From assembly GCF_018977255.1 (NCBI RefSeq), contig NW_024704742.1, positions 112,532,001-112,596,000 of the forward strand: a DNA stretch of 64,000 nt, read 5' to 3'. Made by a program: the position numbers and the translations under genes. Under the pieces are notes generated by a model. The model saw only the letters and a list, made by a program, of their open reading frames with translations. It did not search any database and was not told the DNA's origin. Origin of the DNA: Callorhinchus milii. Taxonomy: Eukaryota. Below, in pieces: positions 51,371 through 64,000 of the stretch; positions within the stretch are counted from its first letter, which is position 1, and every line of letters begins with the position of its first letter.

Positions 51371-53654
51371 CAGATTCAACAGATTAACATAAACATGATG
51401 TTTGACAACTCCCTAAGAGATTAAATGTAACCTAACCATCCAGTCCAATTGATGTTTTGAGACTGCAAAGAGTATTAACTCTTTTCACCCCCTGATTTCT
51501 TTAAAGGTTTATTATTAACTCATGGGACCTTCCTAACATAGGAATACACTTTTCAGTCAATTAATTTAACACCCAATCTCCAAGATGTGATTAAGAAGCA
51601 TGTATCAGTGAACTGTATAATTTATGAACTGAAAGCAAATTACTTTAAATTTCACAAGGCCATAAAGAGTGTGTCTGATGCTTTCTCTGTGCTTCTTGAT
51701 TCAATATATTACCCTTGTTTGAAAATCTTTCACAAAAGTGTAACCAAAGGGGCATTAACAAATGGGTCAGGAGAAAGCCCTCCGCTGCAATCTTGCAGAG
51801 TTATTAGGACCTGAGAGGGAAGAATCACTGCTCTCAATGACCAGTTTGCCCTTCCAAGTCCTGCCCAACCAGCAGGGTTAAGCACTTTGAAATGCCCTCA
51901 CAACATGAAAGATGCTATATAATGTAAATTGTATGTTTATTAAATCATATATTATAAGCTTCGATAGCTCAGTTATTAACTGAAATTCCCAGTATGCAAT
52001 TTAGACAAATTTTATTTTCATCTAAAAAATATTTTCAGATGGTGCTAAAACTGACAATACTGCAATTTTGAGGTTAATTTCATACTTTGCTCACATCAGA
52101 TAGTTTCCACCCACCTCCTAATCTATAACCATAGCAATGTAACCCTCACCTTGCTGAATATTAGAACTCAAGTACAACTGACAGTAATTTGTGGACAAAG
52201 GATTAATTTCACATGTAAAATTATAACGAAAATGGACCGCAATTAAACTCTTGCAAACTTTATATTTCAACATCGTTTATAGATTTTAATGGACAAATGT
52301 TGAATGGTGTTCGGTGATATGCATATTCAAAGTTGTTACGTTTAACATGGTGCTGCTTCATGTTCTAATTTAAAATTTGTGTGTATCAAATGGGACTTTA
52401 ATGAGCTAACGTCACCAGTGTTGGCTTATTGTTTTTTAACAGGTGGAAAATAATTAGATTTGCTGTAACTAAAATTGAAAACTTGATGATATACAGACTT
52501 AATAGATCCCCAATTCTTCCTTTCAGTCCAACCGAATACTTCCAGTCCAATATTGGATATTCCTAAATCTCCAGGGTCAGTAATCTGAGTGTCAAGCGCT
52601 CTGGGACACTACCTTCATGAGAGGTGCAATATAAATGCAAGTTATTGCAGTTGTAATCAAAGCTGTGCTTTTTGTTATTTCAACAGAGTAAATGAAGGCT
52701 CAGTTCTTCCAAACAGTTCTCAGTATTTGTGGGTGTGGAGAGATTCCTTTTTAAAATTATGCAATTTGTTCCGCTGTGTTGGTTAGTGTTTGGAAAGCTG
52801 CCTTCAAGATTCCAGGCAATAGATAGAATCAACCATCAACAACAAGATTCCATGTAACATCAAATCCAATCCATGTAATGTTGTCTCAGCATTGCAAAAT
52901 ATATTGCAGCTGTTGGTGTGAGTTTGACCCTCATGTGCGCAACGCTGCTACAGGTTTTTAGGGGAAACCATAGCAACATACTACGTGCAACTCATGTTGT
53001 TAAAAATTAAATTGTTGAATCTGCGTCATTTGCAGGTTTCATAGAACAAGGCCAGGACGAGTCGGAATTTTGTCCTATGCCTTATATATAGGGTTTGTAC
53101 TTCAAGTGATTTATTTCAGTTTGGAAGAGCAATATGTCAGCAGTGTTGTAGCTTAATGAACATAATGATGACACACTCTTTGACATAAGTGAAGGTCTGC
53201 AGTGTCTGTTAACGCCAAGATGCTCTTGTTTATTCTCTGAGGTTGCTCTTAAATGGATTCTGAAACATGTCGGGTGCTTAGCTGATAATTAATTGCAGTT
53301 AACATCTTCATTGCAGTCATTCGCAGGTTCATCAACTGTGAGTTTTTCTCTGTAAATATAGTAACCTTGTAGTTTATCATTCTGTAATACCTTACACCTT
53401 CTCTTACAACGGCCCGTTATAACATTGTTGTCTGGGTCCAATTTCTCAGGGCCTATATCATAAACAAGCATGAAAAATATGTGTTGTCCACATTGGGCCT
53501 CTGGTTGCCATTCACTAAATGACGGCAGTCGTGTTTTCTGTGCAAAATAAATTGCAGTAAGTGTTCGTTTGTGGCAATCCAGATGTCGACCATTTTCTAG
53601 CACAGGAAGTTGACTACACAGCCTGGGAACATACTTTCAGCAAACCTGCGCTCC

Positions 53655-53674
53655 GGGGGGAGGGAGGGAGGGGG
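53655..53674 (+). promoter_or_regulatory. G-quadruplex / Sp-KLF-MAZ-like G-tract
   Basis: GGGGGGAGGGAGGGAGGGGG fits (G3+N1)3G3+ in non-repeat sequence. Confidence 0.45.
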
Positions 53675-53880
53675 CATGATGTAACATGGTTATCCTGTAC
53701 CTGTCCATCTCAACACTGAACCTGTATCCTCTCGTTCTGCTGCTTTGCACATTTGAAAGTGTTGCTCTGGGTTATTTTCCTGAACCATTAAACTGTGAGG
53801 GACATCTCAGCTAAATCAGATTTTGTCCACTCCTGATCGAACAGCTAAGATGAGAAGAATTACAGTCTTAAAGGCAGGGG

Positions 53881-54280
53881 TCATAGGAACATAAGAACAT
53901 AGAATATAGGAACATAAAGGGGACATCAAGCCTTTTCCACCAGTTTATTAGATCTTGGCAAATCTTTCTATCGCAATACCCTGTCCTCTCGCCATACTCA
54001 TTAATACCTGTACAATCCAGTCATCTGTCTACCCCTTTCAAATATCCCTATTGATTTCACCTCTACAGCTTTCTGGGACAGAGAATCCCTTATCTTCACA
54101 GCCCTTTGTGTGAAGAAATGTTTCCTGACTGCAATTCTTCTCATCTTAGTTCTGATTCTAAAGCTATGCCCCTTTGTAATGTATTCCTCTGCCAAAGGGA
54201 AGAGTCATCCACTGTCTAACAGTCAATTCCTTTCATTGTTTTAAATATCTCAATCAATCACCTCTTTACCTCCTCTGCTG
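53881..54280 (-). mobile_element. CR1-clade 3' end, old
   Basis: cataggaacataagaacatagaa tail; TKGHSFRI...RKHFFTQRAVKI. Confidence 0.75.
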
Positions 54281-54356
54281 AAGCCTTATAAACTATCTAC
54301 CAAGCTCATCACTGAAGAGTGATCATTTTTATTATTAAAAGTTTCAATTGTTGGCA

Positions 54357-54720
54357 TGGAGTCCTGTAGCTTAGTGGATAGAGCACTTGTCTCACAAGCG
54401 AGAGGACCTGAGTTTGATTCCCACGCCGGGTGAAACATTGGGCAAGTTTCCTTACTCCACACACCTCTGTTTACCTAGCAGTAAGTAGGAACCTGGTTAG
54501 TTGATTGATAGATCGCTTTTCCAGTGATAAATAATCCCTTAAAAAAACAAAATAATAATAATTTGGTCAAGCAATTCATGACTGTTTGTAGGACACTTGT
54601 GTGTACAATTGGCTGCTGCGTTTTGCCCACAAAATATATGTCAATTCACTTTACAGTATATTCTGTAAAACCCTCAGATGTCTCAAAGACATATATCAAA
54701 TGTAAGGGTTATTATTATTT
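54357..54720 (+). mobile_element. SINE family A, long form
   Basis: tggagtcctgtagcttagtgg head through tattattatt tail. Confidence 0.9.
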
Positions 54721-55350
54721 TATTTTAACAGCAATCAAAAAGTATGCATTGACTTGGCTGATCCAAGACAATGCATATTCGTTTTATTCTGAAAATCATA
54801 CTTGTATTACCTGTACTGTTTGTCTGCAAAACATTTTCAGTATTTTAGGAAATGTTAATTCAGCTATTTAATATGAACAATACTGACTCAAGTCCCAACT
54901 CTCTTTCATAGGAACACGTGTAGAACCTATGAGATACATTGCAGTTCACTCATTAAAGCAAAAAATCTGCCTCACTGCATTAATCACGCTAACATACATA
55001 AGGAGGTAGTTCCCGTTTTTAAATGATGCAATTCAAATACTAGCCGACAGCTCTGATGAATTGAATGTTATAATTGGCTAAACTCCATCAACAGCAAAAA
55101 AATCATAACATGGACCTGGAAATTGGGTGTGACAAAGAAATAAATTGTGGAACCAGATTTTCTTGTATGCTAATGATATCATGTTTAAAGGATTATTTTT
55201 ATAGAGGCAAAATTAATTTACAATATCTGAATTTAGACTGCTGCACATTCACATGCTGCACTAGTTTTCTAATATGCAGATTATACGCTTCCTGCCACTG
55301 GTTAGGAGTTCTGCATAGACACTTAGTTACTCAGCCTGGCTCAGTTGGTA

Positions 55351-55714
55351 ATAATATTAATCCGTGCATTTGATATAGCTGCTTATCATGTCTACGAGAC
55401 GTCTCAAAGCGCTTCAAGAATATACTGTAAAGTGAATTGACTGTATATTTTGTGGGCGAATCGCGGAAGCCATTTGCATACAGCAGTGTCCCACAAACAG
55501 CTGTGGATTGAGTGACCAAATTATTATTATTATTTTTTTGAAGGAATTATTATCTCTGAAAATCCATCTGCCAATCGACTAACAACTGGGTTCCTACTAA
55601 GTGGAACAGAGGTATGTGGAGTAGGGAAACTGCCCACCATTTCGCCCTGCCAGGAATCGAACTCAGGTCTCGCTTGTGAAGCGAGTGCTCTAAACACTGA
55701 GCTACAGGACTCTA
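55351..55714 (-). mobile_element. SINE family A inserted into the head of a family B SINE
   Basis: Flanks cagcctggctcagttggta | gtagcactctcgtctccaagtcagaagg rejoin into a family B head. Confidence 0.88.
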
Positions 55715-55715
55715 T

Positions 55716-56020
55716 GTAGCACTCTCGTCTCCAAGTCAGAAGGCTCTGTATTCTAACCACCTGTCAGGACTTGGAACTCATAAAATCCAAGCTGATGTTC
55801 CAATGCTGTCCTATGCTTTAGATGAGACATTAAACTGAGGTCTTGTCTGCCTGTTCAGGTGGACCTTAATGTTCCTATGGCACTATTCCAGTGTCTTGGC
55901 CAACAAGCCTCGAGGTAAATTTGGTCATTAATTTTCTGGCTCTTCATGGGACATTGCTGTGTGCAAATTGGCTGCTGCGATTCACCTACAAAATACACAG
56001 TCACTACATTTACAGTAAAT
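55716..56020 (+). mobile_element. SINE family B, remainder (head starts at about 55332)
   Basis: gatgagacattaaactgaggtcttgtctgcctgttcaggtggac...gggacattgctgtgtgcaaattggctgc. Confidence 0.75.
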
Positions 56021-56320
56021 AGTAATAATCCTTGGATTGGATGTAGCATCTTTTATGTTGGGAGGATGTCTGAAAGAGCTTCACAGGATCTACTGTGAGG
56101 TGCAGTGATTGTTTTGTAGGCAAATGCAATCTTATGAAACACTTGAGATATCTTCTTCACATGAAAGGCATAATTATCAAATGCAAGGATAATTATTACT
56201 CTAGTCAATCAATGTGATTTCGGAGCAGAAAATATAAATGAGACTTCGCTTTCCTAATTGTTTTACGGCTAGGATAACAAATCACTTCCAATGGTGTAAA
56301 CTGACCATAAGCAATGATAT

Positions 56321-56620
56321 TGCCCCCTCTCGACTCTCTTCCCCCTCCTCGCTCCCTCCCTTCCCTCCCCTCACCCTGACCATTTCCCCCTCCTTGCTCC
56401 CTCCCTTCCCTCACCCTGACCATTTCCCCCCTCCTCGCTCCCTCCCTTCCCTCCCCTCACCCTGACCATTTCCCCCCTCCTCGCTCCCTCCCTTCCCTCC
56501 CCTCACCCTGACCATTTTCCCCCGTGCTCGGGTCATGACCCAACTGTGCAGCGCCTTGGGACGTCCTCCTGACGTGAAAGGCGCTTTATAAATGGAATCT
56601 TGTTGTTGTTGTTGTTGTTG
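56321..56620 (+). mobile_element. L2 3' end with four tandem 40-47-bp units
   Basis: TGATAT duplication 56315-56320 / 56619-56624; accctgaccattt occurs four times; (GTT)n tail. Confidence 0.93.
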
Positions 56621-56984
56621 ATATACTGCATGCATAACATAAATCAACAAACGTATCAATCAACTGACATGTTCAAGTAGCCATGCATTTACATCAACTT
56701 ATTCTGTGCAGTACATAAGGTTTTAATTTAATTTTTTTTTCTGATGCACACAAAATAATTTGGACACTAATCTAATGTTTTCATCCAAGAGTAGTCTATT
56801 ACAGCTATGCAATGCCACAATTATTATGGCTCCTGGTGGGATTATGTGTGAATACAGATTGTTTTCTTAAAAAATAAAATTTGTCAAATGACCTTGCTTG
56901 TCAAGGCACTGCCCAATCTAGCATTAAACATTACAGACTGGAAAGTTATGGGATCAAATATCAATAAGCTATTGTTAATTGTAA

Positions 56985-57215
56985 CACTTGGGATGTGCAA
57001 ATTGACCTCAGTATTACCGCATTAGGGAGGGAGAAAATCAGCCAGCGTTCTAGAGATCTGTGCTCCAAGTTGGACTGGTGTAGATTTTATTGTGATGCCC
57101 CCTGCAGCTGTACAGCTTACTCCTTGTTAAAATTCACACATCAATAATAGGCATTGAGGAACTGGAGAATAACACCAGTGGATGAGTGACAATGGGACAG
57201 CATTCAATACCTTGT
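56985..57215 (+). mobile_element. Ancient SINE fragment, LF-SINE-like
   Basis: gacctcagt...tagggagggagaaaatcagccag...tgtgatgccccc resembles shark LF-SINE-type repeats as I recall them; not aligned. Confidence 0.35.
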
Positions 57216-57233
57216 CATCTTTGATGATTAACC

Positions 57234-58038
57234 TGTGGTGTCCCAGCTTACCCATATATTATGATTCATATTGTTAGGTAGTTAAGGATTAATCAAAATA
57301 GGTGAATAATTGGGTTCATGAAGATGGGTCACAGGTGTTCTGAGCTAGATAGTCTGTTGATTTGTTAGATTGAGATATCAATCTGTTCATCTCTCTTAAA
57401 GTGTAAAATGTTGGTTAAGCGCTTGCGGTTTATGGCTTTTTGTTAGATTTTGTGAGTTAATGGGCTTTATGGTCCTGTCGGAGTCTTTTAGTCTGAACAA
57501 TAGTTAATTAACGAGTTTATGTTTTCGAACTATCAAAATACGAAGGATTGATTGAAAGAGATAATTCTAGTCAATTAAAAGTTGAGTTGGTCAAAGTACA
57601 GAGAACTGATTGGGTACAAAAGTCACATGGGCACATTTGAGGTATAAAAGAGAGGGAGTGGAGTTATACCGGAGTTGTTGAGTTTTGACTGACATTTGAC
57701 AGTAACATCACTAATTAAAAAACTCTGAATCTTAGCAATTTAGAAGAGGTGTGAATTTGGGGTAAGGTTACTCTATTTGTTTACCCCTAGTGATCCAAGT
57801 GGTGAGGCTCAGTGGTTAGATATCTTATAAAGTATGGGATATTAGGCCTTGTTAAAGTTATATTAATATAGTATTATCAGAGTGTTATATAAGAATTGTG
57901 TTTGTTATTTTTGCGTTGAATGCGGGAATGTGTACATATATATAGAAACATATGGTTTTGAATAAATAATAAATATTTTATTAAACACTAAGTGTTGGGT
58001 GTATTTTGTGAGACCGCTCTAACCGGTCACGTACCCCA
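57234..58038 (+). mobile_element. Probable solo LTR, boundaries uncertain
   Basis: About 800-bp G/T-rich block. TG start (57234) and CA end (58038); ATTGG 57609, TATAAAA 57643, AATAAA 57961 and 57968 in U3-R-U5 order. Confidence 0.55.
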
Positions 58039-58386
58039 ATTGTAATTAGAGAAGAGAAGGATCGCTCCTTCCAGAGTGCACCTGGAAGGAGCATGTAGTT
58101 CTCACTCAGAGATAAGATACTGTGACATTAAGCAGAAAGCTTTTCCACCTTAACACTGGTCAGTGTCTTACCCATCCATGAAGTCTTACCCACACAAACT
58201 AAAGTGCAGTAGTCTCCATTAATCATTACTGCTTTTGACAGTCATATTTACTATGCATTAAGTGGAACTCTTGCAGTCTTTAATTTATAGAATTGAGCAA
58301 ACTAAATAGATTGTGTCCTGTTAGGCTGAAATAATGCTGAAACAAAAAACTATAGGTTAAATAATTACCAGTTGCTCTCGTTAATG

Positions 58387-58601
58387 TCCACACGCCTAAT
58401 AATAATCCCTCCAAAACAAAACAAGAATTAATTGGTCATTTTCAATCCATGACTGTTTATGGGACACTGCTGTGTGCAATTGACAGCCGTGTTTGGCCCA
58501 CAAATATATGGTCAATTCACTTTACAGTCTATTCTGTGAAGCGCTTTGAGATGTCGAGAAGACGTGAAAAGCGCTATAACAAATGCAAGGATTATTATTA
58601 T
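58387..58601 (+). mobile_element. SINE family A short subfamily, 5'-truncated
   Basis: Has the diagnostic ccacacgcc|taataataatccc junction. Confidence 0.85.
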
Positions 58602-60129
58602 GTCATAAATTCTATAATCAACAGTAATTCATCTGTTCACTAAACAGAGTAAAAATGTTTATTTCTTCCATTCCCATTAAAAAAGCAGTACACGAGTTCA
58701 GTCCCATAAAGCAAAGGAAAAGCTATCTGCTATTCCCACGGTATTCATTTCTTTTAACTAACTATGGCAAATCTGTTTGGGACAATTTTTCAATAAATTA
58801 ATGTAAACTTTAGGGAGCTGTACTCTACTTCAATAATATTAAAACAAATGAATGGAAACAAGGTAAGTACTACAATCTTGAAAAGAGTATTATCCACTCT
58901 TTCGAAGTGCAAACAATTTTATAGGCTTATAAAATGAACAGTGCAGCTTTAACTTTCTGTATGTGCATTGTATACAATTAGGGTTTAGGATTTAGTTTAG
59001 AAAACACATTGGATAAAACTCTGGGTTCATCTCATTAAGAGTCGTTTATTTTCAGGACCAGTAATCTATGTCTGATTTTTTTTTTGCTGGTTGATGTGTT
59101 ATTCTTTGCTGCCGTCTCTGTAATATACTAATCAATGCTTGACATGCCATTTAGTCTTACCCTATAAGATCATTTTGTCTTAAAATTTAACGTTAAATAG
59201 AATTGTGGAAAATTCTCAAATCCAGTCATAATTCAGCAAATTGATAGCATGCTTTTTTTGATCAGCCGGGTGTCTGACACACGCGGAAACAGAAACCCAT
59301 CAGCTTGCTCGAGTATCCCAACCCAAACCGAAAGTTCCATGCATCCCACCTATACTTGGAAATTCCAGATACATTTGTAGGAATGGGATGCTCACTCTCT
59401 CCCAGCAGGGACATACCCTGCTTACTGCTTCCGGAAAGTATTGCTCGAGTCTAATCATCTAAATTCTCACAGCTTGCTGCTTGTCCAGCTAGGACCTAGG
59501 TTTTTGATTGGCAAATTGACAGGTGCTGAGTGGGAAGAGGCCCCAGTGACTGGTCTGCCCTTCCAAGTCCTGCCAATGAGCCAGGTTGGCAGTACTGGCA
59601 TCAGCAGTGCCCTGCAGTACTGCAGGCCTGCCTGGCTCAGGAACTAGATTATCAGGACTACCAGAGGGTGGCTCGATCCTGACATTCTGTTTCAGCTCCA
59701 AGGAGTCCTCATTTAACTCCTCTCCCCTCCACCACCCCCTCAGGAGGATGGTAACTAGTTGATAATTTGAGAACCGACAGTGCTGGTTTGAGCCATCAAT
59801 TGGTGGAAGCAGGTACCAGAAACTCCCTGCAAGCTTCCTGGTGGGCAACACAGCTCAGCATGAAATGCAAGAAATAATCGTCTCCAGCTGAAATCTTATA
59901 AAGGAGGGTGGTCTGCATGGTTATATCTTAAACTGAAATAGTAAATTAGGAACAGGTGATTTGTCCATTGAGCCGCTTTAGCTCTACCATTCCATGACCT
60001 GTGACCTACAACTTCCCCTACTCCACCCCCTTAATAGTTTTACTCCCAAAGTATCTATCCATCCGTTTAGGATCTCTACAGGTGGTGGGAAAACCTGAAG
60101 TTTGTAGAGTTATTGAGGGGAAAGAAGAG

Positions 60130-60365
60130 AATCACAACAACCTACTGAGGGAAAACAGATTGTCACCGAGGGAAATGAGAAGCAGTGGCACATCAGTGTG
60201 AAAAAGCTACTCACTTAAGACTATTTGAAGGGTGATGAATGTCACTTCCATTTGTGAAAAAAAGGAGATACAACTAATCCAGGAAATGAAAGGGCAGTTA
60301 GCTAAATGACTAGTCGGTACAGTATTGGAATTTATCATAAAGGATGAAATAATTTAGCATCTCAA
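60130..60365 (+). mobile_element. Old CR1 RT N-terminal fragment
   Basis: aatgtcacttccatt...aaaggagatacaactaatccaggaaat...gcagttagc resembles NVTPIFKKGD..NPGNYRPVSL. Confidence 0.55.
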
Positions 60366-62104
60366 GAATAAATGTTGTATGTACAATGGCAAAACTTACA
60401 TGAACTTGCTCCTGCAGTGTCAAGAGGGCAGACTAGACCTGTAAATCATCAATACCACATAAAACTAAATGACGTGTTTAAATCAAATGTTTATAAATCA
60501 AATCTCTGGCTAGGTTATAATGCTTTACAAATAGCAACACGTTTGTGCTATGTTTGAAGAGTATAAAAGGATAATTCTGGATTTTTGTCAAAGGAAAGGG
60601 TGATTATATTTGCAATAAAGAGGTATCTGAAAGCACCTAAGACCTTATCAGTTTTCCTACAGGATGTGACTATTTAGGCAAAGTAAACAAGAATGTTCAG
60701 TGTAACTCATAAATAAAAATGGAGGCTCAAACATGGTGAACATGCTTTGTTTATGGGTTTTTAGTATTGACCTTCAAAGCTTGGCAATGTTGGCCGATGA
60801 AGTTACTTTATTTTTTGATTTTCCTTGTACTCTCAAGAGAGAGTATTAGCAGAAGCTCAGATATCCCAGAAACATTCAAAGTGTAGTACAATTAATTGCT
60901 GGCAAGTGTAGATTACATTTGTCAGCAAATGTAGCAGCTAATTTGTACACAATGTCCCAGTGAACGAGTATTTTTGAAAGCTTGTTCAAGACGCTAAACA
61001 AAACTGAAGCCAACTTATAATGTAAAATAGTGTTTTTCCTGGTGTCGAATTTTAGAAAACAAATTTTGAGATCTGATTCTGCAATGAAATGTTGTGGCAT
61101 CAACATGCTTGGAAGTGGTATTCTGTCTATACACAAATGTCTTGACATCAGAAAGTTTTGCAATGACAGATGTTTTGAGCTTGGAAATCTATTTTTGGAA
61201 TTATCATTTTCCAAATAACACTAGTAAAGAAAACAATTTACATTGATATCGCACCTTTCAATGTCGGGAGGACGTCTGTGTTTCACTGAGCAAAACTGAG
61301 TCACCTGCACCTCACAGCCTTTGTGGCTATTATTTGGAGTGGAGTTGGTAAAAGTAAAGTTCTAAAGTTATTTTGCGTGTGAGCAAATGACAAAGAGAAG
61401 CTACCCTGGTGAAGGATTCTATATAAATGCAAGTTGTTGTTGATACCAATGGTTTGAATGCCAATTATAACAAGAATAACTAGAAGTTATTTAAAAAGTA
61501 GCAGAGGCTCAGAAAAGGATAACGTTAGCTTGTTGCAACATTTCAAATCCCTAGATAATTTAAGAGCGTAGATATAAAAGGAACAGCATTTAAACAAGAC
61601 TTTGTGTTCTCAATGGTTTATTGCCAATGTCAACTGGGCTCTTTCCACATCATGGAATACTTACTTCTACAGAATACAAAGCATCTGCTCACTAGTACCC
61701 ACTCACATAGAGGACAAAATAAAAGAATGTCTATTTAAGATATTCTCTCCATGCTACTCAAAGCACGACAGTAATTACCGGTGAAGCAGACTATTGACAT
61801 GAAAATGCACTATATCAAATGCACTATATTGTCACAGGCAACTCAGAGAACTAAATACCTTACAATAAATTGACTTTTTGTTTTCCTTAATCTTGGATAA
61901 TTGAGATCTTGATCCCACAATCCATTCACAACCCCACAAGAGGAATTTCAGATCTGAATTCACTGACTACTCTCATACAGGGAAGTGGATAGATTTCAAA
62001 CATGCTCATTGGACACCAAGGGTTAACAGCTTAAAATAAAACCAAACTGAATCAAAATGTTTAAATTGCATGCTGCCACATGCTTAAAACCCAATTCAGC
62101 TGAA

Positions 62105-62375
62105 TCCCACTTTCGTCACCCGCCCTCCTCAAGTATTTCAATGCCTTCTTCTCCGGTCTCCCCAGCTCCACTACCCACAAAATTCAACTAATTAAAAACT
62201 CCACACCCATATGCTCACCTCGTCTAAACTTTGTACTCCCATCACACCAGTTGTTGCCACGATCCACTGGCTCCATCAGAGTGGATTAACTTCAAGATAC
62301 TCACATTAGCCTACCAATTCCTTCATGCCTTGGAATCGCCCCATCTCTCCAACTTGCTTACTCCCCACTCCACTG
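62105..62375 (+). mobile_element. Degraded L2 C-terminal fragment
   Basis: cccatcacacca...atccactggctc...aacttcaagatactc resembles PITP..LHWL..INFKIL. Confidence 0.6.
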
Positions 62376-62924
62376 CATTCTGGAGACCATGACAACTTGT
62401 TGAACATCACATTCAGAAACTTTCAAATAATTTGGCCTATTTTTGTTCTGGTGGGTGCAGAAATGGGCCTTCCCTGACAAGCAAAATCTCAAGATAAGCT
62501 CATAGATCACGTTATCAAAACCACGTTGAAAAGTTTTAGTGAACTTTAAGGTCAGAAACCTATAGAGCTTGGCCCAACCCTGGAAAATTTAAGTACCCAA
62601 ACATCTTTCAAAGATTCAATTTCAGTTTGGCCTCAATTCCATTTTATCCTTTATTACTCCAACGACAGAAATCTCACCTACAAAATTTTAGTACTAAAAA
62701 AAGTTTGAAAATATTGACTACACATTCTAAAGACAACTTTTTATAGTGCTTTATATTACCAAATTATCTTAAGGCTCTTCATAGATTGTCGAAAATGTTT
62801 CACACTAGCAGGCTCCCAAACACAAAAGTGAGGTGTACGCACAATTAATTTGGAGGATGTTTGACAAATTTTCAAACTAATTACAGAACTGTTAACATCC
62901 ACTGGAAAAAAGTCAATGAGGCCC

Positions 62925-63055
62925 CACCCAAAGTAGAACTGCTGAACAACACAGTTCAACCTGCATGTCAGGGCTATGAGCTCAACTCTCAAGTGTGAGA
63001 CTTGAGCCACAACCTTCTGACTCTGAGGCAAGTGCTATGAATTGAGCCAGACTGA
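62925..63055 (-). mobile_element. SINE family B head
   Basis: ccacaaccttctgactctgaggcaagtgctatgaattgagccagactga. Confidence 0.7.
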
Positions 63056-64000
63056 TTCGTTCTACTCAACTCATAGTCATAACTATTTCCTAGAAAGGGG
63101 GTTAGGGAAAGAGAATAAAATGGAAAAGTATAACAATTTGCCCTCGGTTACTGTAATACATTTAAGTACACAACAGAAACAAGAAAATATTTCAATTAGG
63201 TAATACTTTATTTACAATACATCTCATGAAAAGAAAAGATTTATATTAACTTTCACATGGGAAATATAGACTGCTTAGCAGATGTCTTGCCTGTCAAGCT
63301 GGAAGTGCACCTGGGGAGAAAATAAAACCTAATTTAGAAAAGAGAAGCATGCAGGTATTGCTGAGGTTTGAAATACAATATTCACAAATTGGATTTGTTA
63401 CAATAATTGCAACTTCAGTTTTCAAAATTCACAAACAGCAAATCTCAAGGTAACAAAGATATTTAAAAAAGGCCAATCATCACAAGGATAGGATTCAAAA
63501 ACTCAATACATTTTTTATAATCAAATATTGCGAAACCAGGTGGCACAATCGGTTTACAAATCACATTTTAGACTATTCTCAAAGTCTATAATCCAATTGG
63601 AATATTTTAATGATCTCCTGGATACAAGGGGATGTTGATATAGAAGCTTAACAGTGGATGCAAACTAACATTTATTGTTGACCCACAGTGAAAAACGATT
63701 TTGTGATAATTACAAATTGGCCACATTGATAAACCACAAAAACCACAATCCTCAGTGTCTGAGGGACTTACTAGCACAGATTAACAATCAACATTTTATT
63801 TGAAAAGAATGTACAAAGGATACTTGAAATATCAAGTGGCATCTGTGTATTCTAGTATATCAGCAAGCAAGTGTTCAGTGTCATCGAGGCACACATTAAG
63901 ATAAGTTCACATCATATGTACCAAATACATATGTGAATAATTAGGTTCCAGAACACATCTTAACATTTCTGTGTCACATATGAAATTTAAACCTCCACAA

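Noticed and set aside
53080..53092. CArG box
   Set aside because: CC-W9-GG spacing does not fit CC(A/T)6GG.
53289..53603. 104-aa minus ORF
   Set aside because: Non-ATG start and no recognisable domain; kept only as part of a regulatory candidate.
56341..56518. CRISPR-like periodic array
   Set aside because: No unique spacers; it is a tandem repeat within an L2 3' UTR in eukaryotic DNA.
58064..58100. Helitron 3' end
   Set aside because: The hairpin is followed by GTAG rather than CTRR, and no 5' TC end was identified.

Overview
AT-rich vertebrate genomic DNA. The repeat content (CR1 and L2 LINEs, tRNA-derived SINEs with Deu-like 3' parts, Penelope-like ends) points to a cartilaginous fish, possibly a chimaera such as the elephant shark; this is inference, not a database result. 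Most of the window looks like a long intron or upstream region of a minus-strand gene. One good exon is visible at 1075-1516 (-), with a uORF-rich 5' UTR and a probable start MPELSQDYVVCIPLQG...; I do not recognise the gene. The recognisable ORFs in the track are L2/CR1 fragments or SINE read-throughs, and most of the rest look like chance ORFs. The window holds about 10 L2 pieces, several CR1 pieces, two SINE families sharing the L2 3' stem-loop, two Penelope-like ends with degenerate minimal hammerhead-ribozyme motifs (one forming a 105-bp-arm palindrome flanked by a 14-bp duplication), and a probable solo LTR. I find no convincing wholly new biological system. The best leads are the hammerhead palindrome, an L2 subfamily with a variable 45-bp G-rich repeat plus a perfect GGGTCATGACCC palindrome, structured non-L2 sequence fused to L2 5' ends, and a locally templated 61-bp insertion.
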